Of a DNA stretch of 64,000 nucleotides, positions 39,925 through 63,420 are shown in pieces (the stretch's first letter is position 1; each line of letters starts with the position of its first letter). A program made the position numbers and the translations under genes. A model generated the notes under the pieces. The model searched no databases, was not told the DNA's origin, and worked only from the letters and a program-made list of their open reading frames with translations. Source of the stretch: Macrostomum lignano (lineage: Eukaryota); NCBI GenBank assembly GCA_002269645.1, contig NIVC01000257.1, positions 372,001-436,000 on the forward strand. The letters run 5' to 3'.

Positions 39925-41255
39925 AGGCTTACTGGGCTATTGCTGAGATTTCAAGGCTTACTGGGGGAATTGCTGAGATTTCAAGGCTTACTGGGGGAAT
40001 TGCTGAGATTTCAAGGCTTACTGGGGGAATTTCTGAGATGTCAGTGCTTACTGGGGTATTGCTGAGATTTCAAGGCTTACTAGGGGAATTTCTGAGATGT
40101 CAGTGCTTACTGGGGGTATTGCTGAGATGTCAGTGCTTACTGGGGGAATTGCTGAGATGTCAAGGCTTACTGGGGTATTGCTGAGATGTCAAGGCTTACT
40201 GGGGGAATTGCTGAGATGTCAAGGCTTACTGGGGTATTGCTGAGATGTCAAGGCTTACTGGGGGAATTGCTGAGATGTCAAGGCTTACTGGGGTATTGCT
40301 GAGATGTCAAGGCTTACTGGGGTATTGCTGAGATGTCAGTGCTTACTGGGGGTATTGCTGAGATTTCAAGACTTACTGGGGGAATTTCTGAGATGTCAGT
40401 GCTTACTGGGGTATTGCTGAGATTTCAAGGCTTACTGGGGGAATTTCTGAGATGTCAGTGCTTACTGGGGTATTGCTGAGATGTCAGTGCTTACTGGGGG
40501 AATTTCTGAGATGTCAGTGCTTACTGGGGTATTGCTGAGATGTCAGTGCTTACTGGGGTATTGCTGAGATTTCAAGGCTTACTGGGGGAATTTCTGAGAT
40601 GTCAGTGCTTACTGGGGGTATTGCTGAGATGTCAAGGCTTACTGGGGTATTGCTGAGATTTCAAGGCTTACTGGGGGAATTTCTGAGATGTCAGTGCTTA
40701 CTGGGGGTATTGCTGAGATGTCAGTGCTTACTGGGGTATTGCTGAGATTTCAAGACTTACTGGGGGAATTTCTGAGATGTCAGTGCTTACTGGGGGTATT
40801 GCTGAGATGTCAAGGCTTACTGGGGTATTGCTGAGATGTCAGTGCTTACTGGGGTATTGCTGAGATTTCAAGGCTTACTGGGGGAATTTCTGAGATGTCA
40901 GTGCTTACTGGGGTATTGCTGAGATGTCAGTGCTTACTGGGGTATTGCTGAGATTTCAAGGCTTACTGGGGGAATTTCTGAGATGTCAGTGCTTACTGGG
41001 GTATTGCTGAGATGTCAGTGCTTACTGGGGGTATTGCTGAGATTTCAAGACTTACTGGGGGAATTTCTGAGATGTCAGTGCTTACTGGGGGTATTGCTGA
41101 GATGTCAAGGCTTACTGGGGGAATTGCTAAGAGTTCAATGCTTACTCAGGGAATTGCTAAGATGTCAAGGCTTACTGGGGGTATTGCTAAGAGTTCAAGG
41201 CTTACTGGAGGGCGGGTATTGCTGAGATGTCAAGGCTTACTGGGGAATCGCTAAG
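39925..41255. repeat. 29/30-bp minisatellite
   Basis: Unit GCTTACTGGGG(G)AATTGCTGAGATGTCAAG. Confidence 0.93.
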
Positions 41256-42116
41256 ATGTGAAGTCATAGGATACGCATTAATAATTTTCTTCCCTTGCTA
41301 ATTGGCCGCCCCAAAGGGAGACACAAGATTGCTAGTCTATGTAACTAATCTTCAAGTATTATCATTAATTCGGTTTGGTAGAACTGAGTATGTCCTCTAT
41401 GTTCTTGAGCAATTGGGTAAAGTACTTTTATCTTTTGTTTAAAAGTGCAATAAATTCAAGCAATAAAAATGTTTTCTGCATTACAAACATTTATGCATAA
41501 GTTGAGGAAACAATAGTCAGCCTATAGTTGTCTGAAAGTGGCGGGTTTTGAGGGGAGTCGCCACTCCAGTCCAGACTGCTGGTTTTTTTGGGTCTCCTTG
41601 AGCCAAGCAAAGCCTGCCTGCTTCCTATTGGCTGGAACTGGCAAGGCCAGATAGTAGCTGCCGGATAGTTTAAACTGTCAAGCCTGTGCCAACCCCCCAG
41701 TCCCTGCCCCACCCTCCTCACCCGCCTTAGGCAATGATTCGGGCATAAAAGCGTTACGATCGCGTGCAATGCTGCCTGTGCTCAGTCTCTCCGGCTTAAG
41801 CTCGCCTGTAAATACTAAATAGTTATAATAGACAACTCATTAAAACCGTGCTCGCCTTTGTCATTAGTCCTTTATTAATATTCGAGAAAATTGATTGCAA
41901 GCCTTACTCAGCTGGGTATTAGCTTGTGCATAGACTCGAATCAATAAATTGTAGTGTTAAAGTAAGCATCTGGAGCTTAAAGCTTGAATTATAGGGTGAA
42001 AATTTATAAATCAAACGGCATTATCTATTTGTTGCAGATAAATCGGGTCGGTCGCAAAGCAGTTAAAAAGCGTTGACAAGGTTGACAAGCCAACAATAGA
42101 TCCGCTGTCCGCTAAG

Positions 42117-51641
<9,525 letters not shown>

Positions 51642-51954
51642 AAGTGGGCAAGATGGATTCCTCAGTGACTGACAGCACAAACTGCAGCTGAATATTCAGT
51701 GTTGAATATCTGTTCCACTATTTTGCTTTGTTGCCTGTCTTTGTTCTTTTTTAGCCAGTTCAACACAGATAGGCTCTATTGGAGTCTGTTTTTAGTTTTC
51801 GTTTTGTACGCTCCTAATGGCGAGTCTCTTTAGTAGTATTTAGTAGTATACGAGCGTACAAAAGAGCAATATCTCGACAGTCTGAACAGAGGTGTTTGAC
51901 AAATTAGAAACAAAGTCATAAATAGAATATAATCCCTCGACCTACAAGACCGCG

Positions 51955-52560
51955 CATGACCACCGGAACCCACATGACACAATGACTACATGACCTAATA
52001 TGACCCATGACCCCACGATCCACATGACCCTACATAACCCCAAACGACCCCATGACCCGTACATGACCTTACCTACACGACTGACATGACCCGATGACCC
52101 GATGATTCTCATGACTCCATGATCCACAACCCACATGACCCCATGAGTCATGACCTCATGAGCCACATGACCCCATGACTCTCATGACTCCATGACCCAT
52201 GACCCACAACCCACTTGACTTCATGTCCCAATGACCCCATGATCCTATGACCCACATGACCCAATGACCCACATGATCCACATGACCTCATAAGCCACAT
52301 GACCCCATGACTCTCATGACTCCATGACCCACGACCCACATATGACCCACATATGACCCACATGACCCTATGACCCACATGACCCACATGACCCTATGAC
52401 CCACGACCCACATGACCCCATGACCCACATGATCCCGTGACCCACATGACCAAATATGAACCCAAACGACTCCATGACCCGTACATGACCCTACCTACAT
52501 AACCCAATATAACCCTACATGACCCATGACCCCACGTGACCCCATGACCCACATGACCCA
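51955..52560. repeat. Degenerate CATGACCC-based repeat
   Basis: Direct reading. Confidence 0.85.
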
Positions 52561-53639
52561 AGCGCCATAGCTACGCTTTTGGTTAAACTTCTATGAAGTA
52601 AAATTGTCAGTAGGTTTTCGAAGACCCTCGCCTTTTCCCCTGCTATTTCATAACAACCTGCTCATTGTTCTTCAGAGCTTTTATTTTTGATCTGGCGTGA
52701 CTTTCACCGTGTTTGTCGCATACTTGGCTACTATATGTGCTATACAATTGTTTCTAATCTGTTTGTGAGTTTTAGTGAGTCAGAAAATAATCAAAACACA
52801 GCCTCAGCCAGCCAGGTAGAAATCTTATTTAAATTTCAAATCATTTCATCACATTTATTTTTGAGCAGTTAAGAATCGGCCCTACTCACAGTGCAGTTTC
52901 TATATTTATTAATTACATTTTTGCATGCCTGTCTTCAATGCAATAGCGGCGCAAGTCGTGTACACACAAGAGCAGAGATTCTAGAAACGTGTTTTTGTGT
53001 GCTCCGCCCTCTATTAGTTTGTATTATATTTGTTAATCATTTTTACACGCTGCGTTCACGTCAGACATTGCCATTTTTTGTTTGTTTTGTGTCCGCGCGC
53101 ATAGTCTGAGAGCTGTGTTCCCCTTTTTTTCAGTTTCTGACCCGTTCGCCGCTCAGTTTGGGGGGCGCGAGTTCGATTCTGTTTTTGTTTATTTTCCGGA
53201 TTGATTTTCTTATAGTTTTTGTGTTGTTTGTTTGAATGCAGGGTAACAGTGTTTATTTATAAGCCCGTGCTATTGCTTTCACTGTTGTTTCTGGGATAGA
53301 AATGATTGTAGGGGATTTTTTGTACCCGATTCATGAATAAGCAATTCCTGTTCTGTGTACATAGTAGCCTGTAAAATAATTGTGCATTAAAGGTAGCTGA
53401 GTTCAAGTCTCCTACCTGTTTCCTGCTTATATCTGTACAGTCTTAGTCTTGGTTTTGTTGCCGTCTCACTCTCTGTGTCTCTCAGTTGCTCTTTGTTTCT
53501 GTCTTTGTGTTTTTTATCTATTGGGCTACGTGTGCACTCGTGACCACTGCCCCGTTGCTATGGAGACGAGAACGACTGGGAAACTGTAATTATTGTGTAG
53601 CACACCTATCTCGCTTCTGCTGGTCGGCCGCTGTCACCA

Positions 53640-53975
53640 TCTCTCACTCTATCTCTATCCTTTCTCACTCCATCTTTATCTCTATCTCTCACTATCTCTA
53701 TCCTTTCTCACTCCATCTTTATCTCTATCTCTCACTATCTCTATCCTTTCTCACTCCATCTTTATCTCTATCTCTCACTCTATCTCTATCCATTTCTCAC
53801 TCCATCTCTATCCATTTCTCACTTTATCTCTATCCATCTCTCACTCTATCTCTATCCATTTCTCACTCCATCTCTATCCATTTCTCACTCTATCTCTATC
53901 CATCTCTCACTCTATCTCTATCCATCTCTCACTCCATCTCTATCCATCTCTCTCTTTCTCTCTCTCCCTCTCCCT
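53640..53975. repeat. Pyrimidine-rich TCTATC/CTCACTC repeat
   Basis: Direct reading. Confidence 0.85.
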
Positions 53976-54405
53976 CTCTGATTGTCTATCCGCCCCTCGA
54001 TCACATCACTCTTTGCTCATTCACAAATTGCGCCATTCGATTATTTGACAACCTTTGTCGAACTAATAAATTTGGTAACATTTTTTGTGTTCTTTTTCTA
54101 AGAGCCTTTGAATGGACGAACGGTCTTTGTGCAAAAACATATTCATTCGTTATTTAAGATTTTTGAGTCCGGAGATACAGATTAATAATAATCCACTAGA
54201 CTATAACTTGAGAGTGACTGGTGTGTCGCATCCTTATACTGCTTGGTTTTTTGTTCTAATTATTTTCTTTTTTCTCTCTTCTTAATAAGAAAAGAGCTTA
54301 AAACTGTTTACTTAGGTACCAGTAGGAATATAAATTTCCTAAAAAAATTGTTAGTTTTATCCAATATGTTTTCAAAGGGCTTACTTACCTTTTCCCCCAG
54401 TCTAT

Positions 54406-54484
54406 GGGCCGTATGCAGAAAGCCTAGTCCAGACTAGCTTTTCAAGACCGGACTACCCTAGACAGAGCTTTCTGCATACGGCCC
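54406..54484. mobile_element. 79-bp PIF/Harbinger(Tourist)-like micro-MITE
   Basis: Perfect 18-bp TIR GGGCCGTATGCAGAAAGC; TAT on both flanks. Confidence 0.7.
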
Positions 54485-55440
54485 TATATCTCTTGTGCTA
54501 TATGGAGAGAGAATCATTTATAAAGTTTCTAGTTAGACAAGGCCACGCCGAACTCAGCAACTAGCGGTGCAATTTAGACAGATCCTCGTTTCACTCTCCA
54601 TTGTCTATGGCTAAAAGGGGTTGCCATCATAATCTGGCGATTTGAAATTTATGGGAATTTATTGTGTTTTTTTTCAAGTTTTTGTTCCTATATAGGCTAG
54701 CTAGGCTTCACCTGTTAGGCAGGTGTCATACTGTAGGTTTCTGCGACAATCTGATTTGATAATATTCCCAGTATAGGGCATCTCTTGACCCAGCTGAGAA
54801 TCGAAATGGATGAAGATGGATGGTGCGAAGCCATTCTGGTATACCGGGATCCCTGCATGCTTGATGCTGAGTGGCATGAAACTGTCCTTAATTCACCTAT
54901 AGATGGAATCTGAACAACAAAACAAGAATGGTTTCGTCGCAATATTATCTTCTAAAAGCAGAGAACAAATAATTTTGTTGTCTCTTTTTGTTATAAAAAA
55001 CGGTTCCTGACTCCAGTGTCTGTTTAGCATTGTTTGAAGGACAGAAAGCTTATCTTCATGACCGTGTTTTGCTGTCGAGAATTTTACTAAGTAACCTGCT
55101 AAATTTAAATGCCACCCTGTCAAACGCATGGCTGAACTGCTATCACTAGGAGTTCGTCTGTTGCGGCTTCTTCCCAATTTCACGTTCGTTTCTGTGGCGG
55201 CGAGTTCTGCTTTGATGTTTCCGAACTCTCCGGTTCATTGTTCCGAATCTGGGGCTTTTTGTGACACAAAGCTACTCAGACTCTTTAAGGGTATTCAAGT
55301 TTCTAAAAAAATTTTTCCAATCAAGCGTGGAGAATTTCCCATTGTATCTGTTTGGTAGAATTGATTTTGATGAGTCTTTGTTCCAGGGATTTTCGCAATC
55401 TCTATTGTAGCTAAGACCCAAAAAATTAAAGTCAAGTATT

Positions 55441-56700
55441 CTGCCGTCTCCTACAGCTGGTCCCCAAGCCACAGTCTGATATGTGCCATCTCCTGCAGCT
55501 GGTCCCCAAGCCACACAGTCTGATATGTGCCATCTCCTGCAGCTGGTCCCCAAGCCACAGTCTGATATCTGCCATCTCCTACAGCTGGTCCCCAAGCCAC
55601 AGTCTGATATCTGCCATCTCCTACAGCTGGTCCCCAAGCCACAGTCTGATATGTGCCATCTCCTGCAGCTGGTCCCCAAGCCACAGTCTGATATCTGCCG
55701 TCTCCTACAGCTGGTCCCCAAGCCACAGTCTGATATCTGCCGTCTCCTACAGCTGGTCCCCAAGCCACAGTCTGATATCTGCCATCTCCTGCAGCTGGTC
55801 CCCAAGCCACAGTCTGATATCTGCCATCCCCTGCAGCTGGTCCCCAAGCCACAGTCTGATATCTGCCATCTCCTGCAGCTGGTCCCCAAGCCACAGTCTG
55901 ATATGTGCCATCTCCTGCAGCTGGTCCCCAAGCCACAGTCTGATATCTGCCATCTCCTGCAGCTGGTCCCCAAGCCACAGTCTGATATCTGCCATCTCCT
56001 ACAGCTGGTCCCCAAGCCACAGTCTGATATGTGCCATCTCCTGCAGCTGGTCCCCAAGCCACAGTCTGATATGTGCCATCTCCTGCAGCTGGTCCCCAAG
56101 CCACAGTCTGATATCTGCCATCTCCTGCAGCTGGTCCCCAAGCCACAGTCTGATATGTGCCATCTCCTGCAGCTGGTCCCCAAGCCACAGTCTGATATCT
56201 GCCATCTCCTACAGCTGGTCCCCAAGCCACAGTCTGATATGTGCCATCTCCTGCAGCTGGTCCTTAAGCCACAGTCTAATATCTGCCATCTCCTGCAGCT
56301 GGTCCCCAAGCCACAGTCTGATATCTGCCATCTCCTGCAGCTGGTCCCCAAGCCACAGTCTGATATCTGCCATCTCCTGCAGCTGGTCCCCAAGCCACAG
56401 TCTGATATGTGCCATCTCCTGCAGCTGGTCCCCAAGCCACAGTCTGATATCTGCCATCTCCTACAGCTGGTCCCCAAGCTACAGTCTGATATGTGCCATC
56501 TCCTGCAGCTGGTCCCCAAGCCACAGTCTGATATCTGCCATCTCCTACAGCTGGTCCCCAAGCCACAGTCTGATATGTGCCATCTCCTGCAGCTGGTCCC
56601 TAAGCCACAGTCTAATATGTGCCATCTCCTACAGCTGGTCCCCAAGCAAAGTCTAATATGTGCCATCTCCTACAGCTGGTCCCCAAGCAAAGTCTAATAT
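55441..56700. repeat. 42-bp minisatellite (~30 units)
   Basis: Unit CAGCTGGTCCCCAAGCCACAGTCTGATATCTGCCATCTCCTG/A. Confidence 0.95.
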
Positions 56701-57302
56701 GTGCAGTTCATCAGTTGCTGCATTCTTGCAATCGGATAGGGGTGTTTGGGATTTTTATCCTGCCTATGCCTAGGCTAATCCTCTCGATTTCTCCTGAGAT
56801 CTGCCACCCCTCCTTCTCTTGACGATGCCGATGAGGCAGGGAAGAGAAGCGGCTGGGATGGCGCAGTCGATGAGAGCTACATGATCTTCACAGCGCGCAG
56901 GAAACAATAAATGTAGGGATAACTTGCTTCTGAGTATAGGCATAAGAGAGAGGGGAAGCGAAGGCTGCTCCAAGTAGCGAGTTTCTTCTCTGATGCGGGG
57001 CAGGGGGGGGTGCTGGGTGCGCACTTGCAGGAGGAGTAAGGAGGGGGGTGTTTCACCTTTGTGTGTCTCACGCGCTTCCTGGCTGCTAATTAATTAGGAG
57101 CTGAGAGCGGCAGCAGAGAGCAGCGCGTCCGACCTTTTCTATGCCATGCGGATTTCTCCGCCGCTTTTCCGTTTCTCTCTGAGCTCCCCTTTAATCCCCA
57201 GCTAGCCGTGTACTTCCCTTTTGTATGGCTGGCGTATTGAATTTTTTAAAATCCCCAATTCACTTTTGCTAGTTTGACTCTATAGAAATATAGAATCTAC
57301 AT

Positions 57303-58220
57303 CACAAACTAGAGCCTTCACAAACTAGAGCCTTCACAAACTAGAGCCTTCACAAACTAGTGACTTCACAAATAGAGCCTTCACAAACTAGAGCCTTCAC
57401 AAACTAGAGCTTTTACAAACTAGAGCCTTCATAAACTAGAGCTTTCACAAACTATAGCCTTCGCAAACTAGAGCCTTCACAAACTATAGCCTTCACAAAC
57501 TAGTGACTTCACAAACTAGTGACTTCACAAACTAGAGCCTTCACAAACTAGAGCCTTCACAAACTAGAGCTTTCACAAACTAGAGCCTTCACAAACTAGA
57601 GCTTTCACAAACTATAGCCTTCGCAAACTAGAGCCTTCACAAACTATAGCCTTCACAAACTAGTGACTTCACAAACTAGTGACTTCACAAACTAGAGCCT
57701 TCACAAACTAGAGCTTTCACAAACTAGAGCCTTCACAAACTAGAGCTTTCACAAACTAGAGCCTTCACAAACTAGAGCCTTCACAATTTAGAGCCTTCAC
57801 AAACTAGAGCTTTCACAAACTAGTGCCTTCCAAAGCTAGTGCCTTCACAAACTAGTGACTTCACAAACTAGAGCATTCACAAACTAGATCCTTCACAAAC
57901 TAGAGCCTTCACAAACTATAGCCTTCGCAAACTAGAGCCTTCACAAACTATAGCCTTCACAAACTAGTGACTTCACAAACTAGAGCCTTCACAAACTAGA
58001 GCTTTCACAAATTAGATCCTTCACAAACTAGAGCTTTCACAAACTAGAGCTTTCACAAATTAGAGCCTTCACAAACTAGAGCTTTCACAAACTAGAGCTT
58101 TCACAAACTAGAGCTTTCACAAACTAGTGCCTTCACAAACTAGTGCCTTCACAAACTATAGCCTTCACAAACTAGAGCCTTCACAAACTAGTGACTTCAT
58201 AAACTAGAGCCTTCACAAGC
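57303..58220. repeat. 16-bp minisatellite (~57 units)
   Basis: Unit CACAAACTAGAGCCTT. Confidence 0.95.
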
Positions 58221-58404
58221 TATATACGAGTAATATAAAAAACTAGAGCCTTCAAACTCAATTATATTAGAGTGGCTAACTATTGCAATAGATTATGAAA
58301 TAAAGCCTCACTAATTCGCTAATTTTTTTAACTTGCATATTTGTTGCAGCCTTTTCACTCTGAGCTGCACTTCTGGCAGCCCAATCTTAATCTCCTTTGT
58401 CCGC

Positions 58405-61013
58405 ATGGAGTCCGCGCTATCTTCAGTGAAGTCCAGCCTGCGCCCCGTCACCACCCGGGTGACCTCGCAGACCGGACTGGTGACGCTTGAAAGGCGCGAC
58501 GGCTGCTTGATGAACGAGGAGGCTGCCGAGGCTCAGGCGGAATCTGATAAAGAGTCCGTGTTCGCCAGACATGGATTTATTCCTCTGACTAAACCGGATC
58601 TGCAGGTGAGCACTTGTCTGCTTTTTCTCCCTCGTAGCTTTTCAACTCATTGGCAGAGGGTTCAATCGATATGTATCGAAAGCATCGTATCGGTGCAGTT
58701 TTAGCCGATATGTATCGAAAGTATCGTATCTGTGCAGTTTTAGCCGATATGTATCGAAAATATCGTTTCGATTCAGTTTTAGCCGATATGTATCGAAAGT
58801 ATCGTATCGGTGCAGTTTTAGCCGATATGTATCAGAAGTATCGTATCGGTGTAGTTTTAGCCGATAGGTATCGAAAGTATAGTGTTGGTGCAGTTTTAGC
58901 CGATATGTATCGAAAGTATCGTATCGGTGCAGTTTTAGCCGATATGTATCGAAAATATCGTATCAGTACAGTTTTAGCGATATGTATCGAAAGTATCATA
59001 ATTGGTACAGGTTTAGCCTATATGTATCGAAAATCAAATTATACGTGTACTATGTGTCTGTTTTTTTATTCGTTCAAACTGCAGCAGAAGATCAGCAAGG
59101 CGAACAGAAGGGGTATCGGTCAGAAAAAACGCAACGGCCCCCAATTATGATTCGAGAATCGATAGGGGAAAATTTTGCCAGCTGCTCATTAATCTATAGT
59201 GGCTTCGCTAAAGCTCTTGCAAGCTCTTCTGTCTTTTTTGCCCGCCGCTTCTCAAAGCACAGCTGAGTCCGGCAGCCTACAGCATATTTTTCTTCCTATT
59301 TTGTATAGCAGCTCCGCCTTGGGCGCTTGTTTTAGAATTCATCGTTTCGGCTTTGAATTTCTCTCACCAAAGGCGCAGCCATCCCGGTTTTAGCCAGGAC
59401 GTTCTTTAGTGCATTTTCACTTCCACTGCGGGTCCTAGCTGAGTTTTTGTCAATATTTTTGTGCTGGGAAATAAAGCTTTCGATGCTTAATTAACAATAG
59501 CGTGTAAGGATCTGTGTAATGGTTTCTAATCCCCGTTTGGGATGGGAATATTTTAGCTTATCAGTGGGTTGGGGAGGCGATCTGTGTGATTATCAGTCGG
59601 TTGGGGAGGCGATCTGTGTGATTATCAGTGGGTTGGGGCTGCAATCTGTTTGATTATCAGTGGGTTGGGGCTGCAATCTGTTTGATTATCAGTGGGTTGG
59701 GGAGGCGATCTGTGGGATTATCAGTGGGTTGGGGCTGCAATCTGTTTGATTATCAGTGGGTTGGGGCTGCAATCTGTTTGATTATCAGTGGGTTGGGGCT
59801 GCAATCTGTGTGATTATCAGTGGGTTGGGGAGGCGATCTGTGGGATTATCAGTCAGTTGGGGCTGCGATCTGTTTGATTATCAGTGGGTTGGGGAGGCGA
59901 TCTGTGTGATTATCAGTCAGTTGGGCTGCAATCTGTTTGATTATCAGTGGGTTGGGGCTGCAATCTGTGTGATTATCAGTGGGTTGGGGAGGCGATCTGT
60001 TTGATTATCAGTGGGTTGGGAGGCGATCTGTTTGATTATCAGTGGGTTGGGAGGCGATCTGTTTGATTATCAGTGGGTTGGGGCTGCAATCTTTTTGATT
60101 ATCAGTGGGTTGGGGCTGCAATCTGTGTGATTATCAGTGGGTTGGGGAGGCGATCTGTGGGATTATCAGTCAGTTGGGGCTGCGATCTGTTTGATTATCA
60201 GTGGGTTGGGGAGGCGATCTGTGTGATTATCAGTCAGTTGGGCTGCAATCTGTTTGATTATCAGTGGGTTGGGGCTGCAATCTGTGTGATTATCAGTGGG
60301 TTGGGGAGGCGATCTGTGTGATTATCAGTCAGTTGGGGCTGCGATCTGTTTGATTATCAGTGGGTTGGGGAGGCGATCTGTGTGATTATCAGAGGTTAGG
60401 CAGTTTCTCTACCTTTTCATGGGGGAGATTTGCCGAACAGGCAGTTGGTTTACATATAATCAAACGTACACAAGCTTCATACGCTCAAGTTTACTGCCAG
60501 TAGTCTATGTGAGACTTTACAAATAGGATAAAATCTAAGCGCAAATCCCCACTGCAGGTCGGCTGCGTCCTGCCGCACCTGCTTGTCGGCTCGCAAGACG
60601 CCGCGGCAGATGGGCCGACCCTTCACCGCTACCGCATCAGCCACGTGGTCAACCTGGCGCACCCCGCTGTGCGGCCGCGCCCGCCCCCGGAGATTCGCCT
60701 GGACGCCACCCTCCAACTGGCCGTCCTGGACACCGACCAGCAGCAGCTGCGTCCGCATCTGGCCGGGGTGGCCGACTTTATCGACGCCTGCCGCGACTCC
60801 GGCGGAGTTTGCCTGCTGCACTGCAACGCCGGCGTGTCGCGGGCGCCGACGTTTGCGGCAGCCTACTTGATCCTGCGCTGTGGCCTCGGCTTCGAGGCCG
60901 CCCTGGCCCAGGTCCGAGCCGCCAGGCCGGCCGCCCGGCCCAATGCCAACTTCCTGCGGCAGCTCCGGCTGCTGGCCGAGGAGATGGCGGCTGGCGGGCA
61001 CGACACAGTCTAG
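58405..61013 (+). CDS. DUSP19: Atypical dual-specificity phosphatase, DUSP19-like (~218 aa)
   Basis: Exon 1 58405-58605 (LRPVTTRVTSQTG..GFIP..PDLQ|GTGAGC). Exon 2 60558-61013 (VGCVLPHLLVGSQDAA..HCNAGVSRAP..RPNANFLRQL). The HCxxGxSR catalytic motif and the N-terminal TRVT motif match the DUSP19 family. Confidence 0.85.
58665..59030. repeat. 39-bp minisatellite in DUSP intron
   Basis: Unit TATCGGTGCAGTTTTAGCCGATATGTATCGAAAGTATCG. Confidence 0.9.
59560..60390. repeat. 32-bp minisatellite in DUSP intron, with a ~317-bp block duplication
   Basis: Unit GATTATCAGTGGGTTGGGGCTGCAATCTGTTT; identical ORF translations at 59756 and 60073. Confidence 0.92.
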
Positions 61014-61017
61014 ACTG

Positions 61018-61365
61018 CCTCTCACCCTGCCTCACCCTGCCTCTCACCCTGCCTCACCCTGCCTCTCACCCTGCCTCACCCTGCCTCTCACCCTGCCTCA
61101 CCCTGCCTCACCCTGCCTCTCACCCTGCCTCACCCTGCCTCTCACCCTGCCTCACCCTGCCTCTCACCCTGCCTCACCCTGCCTCTCACCCTGCCTCACC
61201 CTGCCTCTCACTCTCACCCTGCCTCTCACTCTCACCCTGCCTCTCACTCTCACTCTGCCTCTCACCTTTCTCTTCACCCTGCCTCTCACCCTTACCTTCA
61301 CCCTGCCTCTCACCCTTCTCTTCACCATGCCTCTCACCCCTAATCTCACTCTGCCTCACCCTGAC
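61018..61365. repeat. CTCACCCTGC(CT) repeat directly after the DUSP stop codon
   Basis: Direct reading; AATAAA follows at ~61374. Confidence 0.9.
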
Positions 61366-62787
61366 TCCTATCCAATAAAAAATACAATAGTATTTCTAAA
61401 CATATCAGTGGCTAGCATGTGTATAATGAATAATATGTTAAACGACATTATGAAGTTAACCATCGAAATTGAGCTGTGCTCACCTTCTCCTCCTCTTATT
61501 GATAACAAAATCCCATTTTCAGCTAATTTACTTCACTGCCTCATGTAGTTGAAAAACAGCTTATTAAATTAGTACCAGTCTTTTCCACTTTGATTGCTTT
61601 TATTAAAATTTTGTGCATCTCTTATGCAAGCTTAGCTTTATATTCTTGCCTAATTAGTTTGTACTTTATTTAAACAATTTATTATCCAAAAATCGGTGCA
61701 AAGCATTGTCTTCCAGTTGCTGAATGCTTTTAAGCAAAACGCTTTCAATATCACTTTGGGTGCCACTTGTCTACTTTTCTACTGAGTAGTAGTAGTAGTA
61801 GTTAACGCTTATTGTCATCTTGCTTCTTTTCTCCCGGAAGCTTAGACTTGCTATTACGTTTTTTTAGACTTGATTTCGACAGTGAATCGATTAAAATACT
61901 CGTAGTTCCCCAATCCGATATACCTGTTCTTGTTCTTGTCTCGGTCTTATTTGTTATTCTGAACAAAGTTTACCCATGCTAACACGTTATTTAAACCAGT
62001 GTACATTAATTCGCATTGGCATATAGAAAATACACGACTGTTTTGGTATTTCGTATTGCTATTGACAGTGAGTCGAATCCTGTTGCTTCTGCGTTCTTAC
62101 TTCTGTCTATGTTAGACTAAATGGGTTATGAAACGACCATTTTGTGATTGTCTTCAGAATAAAAGCTGAAATGGAAAGCTAGCATCTAGTAAGATATAGG
62201 GTGGAAAAGAAATAAGATAAGAACAGCTGACGTATCACGCATTGTAATGAAATGCGTACGTTTCTCGGTGTGTATAAGTATCTTCAAAGTACAAAGTACT
62301 TCTTTGGTCCAGGGCCCAGGCCCCTCTAATGAGGGAGGCACTCCACGGCGCAACATTAGCAGCAGTAGAGGCTTAGAAGGACGAGAAATATGCAGTGAAA
62401 ATTCCTACCCTCTCTATTTCTCTTCCTCTCCCCAACTGGCCCCAGTTTACTGTTTCATTTTCATGGGGTCTGACTCAGCCACCCCACTCCCCCAACCCCC
62501 TTTTGGAATAATATATGTACTTCGCCTTACAAGGTCGTAAACAAGTCACGTGACTCCTTGTGTGTTGTTTCAGTGTACAGTTTATTATTTAGGGCCAGGC
62601 CAACTATAAACCCACCCCACCACCACCTCTTCCTCCACTTCCCGCGCTAAGTTAAAGTAAGGTATATTAGCGCTGTACCCTGTCCCCTACAACTCTGTTC
62701 TTTAACCGCCTTCGCACAGCTGTTTACTTGATTGACTTTATATTGCCTTAAGGCTAAGCTAGAACTCTAAACTTGAGCGTGGAAGCT

Positions 62788-63420
62788 ATGCTATCCGCTA
62801 AGCTGAGCCAATCTGTCCGCCTCCTCTTGCCCAGGGCCGCAGCGGCTGCCGCCCGCCCGCTGTCCGGCGGCCCGGCTATTCCGGAGCCGATTCGCCAACC
62901 CGAAGTGAAATTCAACAAACTATTCATTAACAACGAATGGGTTGACGCGGTGTCTGGTAAAACGTTTCCAACTATTAATCCGGCTACGGGTGAGGTCATC
63001 ACCCAGGTGGCCGAGGGTGACAAAGCCGATATTGACAAGGCCGTTGATGCGGCTAATCAGGCCTTTCGCTATGGCTCTGAATGGCGCCGAATGGACGCTT
63101 CTCAACGGGGCAACCTCATGAACAAGCTTGCCGATCTGATGGAGCGGGACAAAGTCTATCTTGCGGTTAGTTAACTAGAAAATATAGGCTTGGGCATAAT
63201 AGTTTAACTAAAATCTATATGGTTTAGTTTTACCCCTTTCGTAAAATGAACTCTTGTATAATTTATTTGTTTCTTTGACCCAGCCACTTTGTCTAGCTGG
63301 TGTACATCTTTTTTCTAATGCCTGAATTATTGTGTTACAGTCGCTAGAATCCTTGGACAATGGCAAGCCGTATCTGTTCTCTTACCTGGCTGACGTTGAG
63401 CTCAGCATTCGTTGCTATCG
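62788..63420 (+). CDS. ALDH2: Mitochondrial aldehyde dehydrogenase (class 1/2), 5' part; continues beyond window
   Basis: Exon 62788-63165 (Arg/Ala/Leu-rich presequence, [39 protein letters not shown]). 80-nt exon 63341-63420 ([11 protein letters not shown]). Splice sites consistent. Confidence 0.9.

Noticed and set aside
54700-55440. Short broken ORFs, possibly a decayed element
   Set aside because: No recognisable domain; cannot be supported without a database search.
55272-56697. 259-464 aa ORFs on both strands
   Set aside because: 42-bp tandem repeat read-through.
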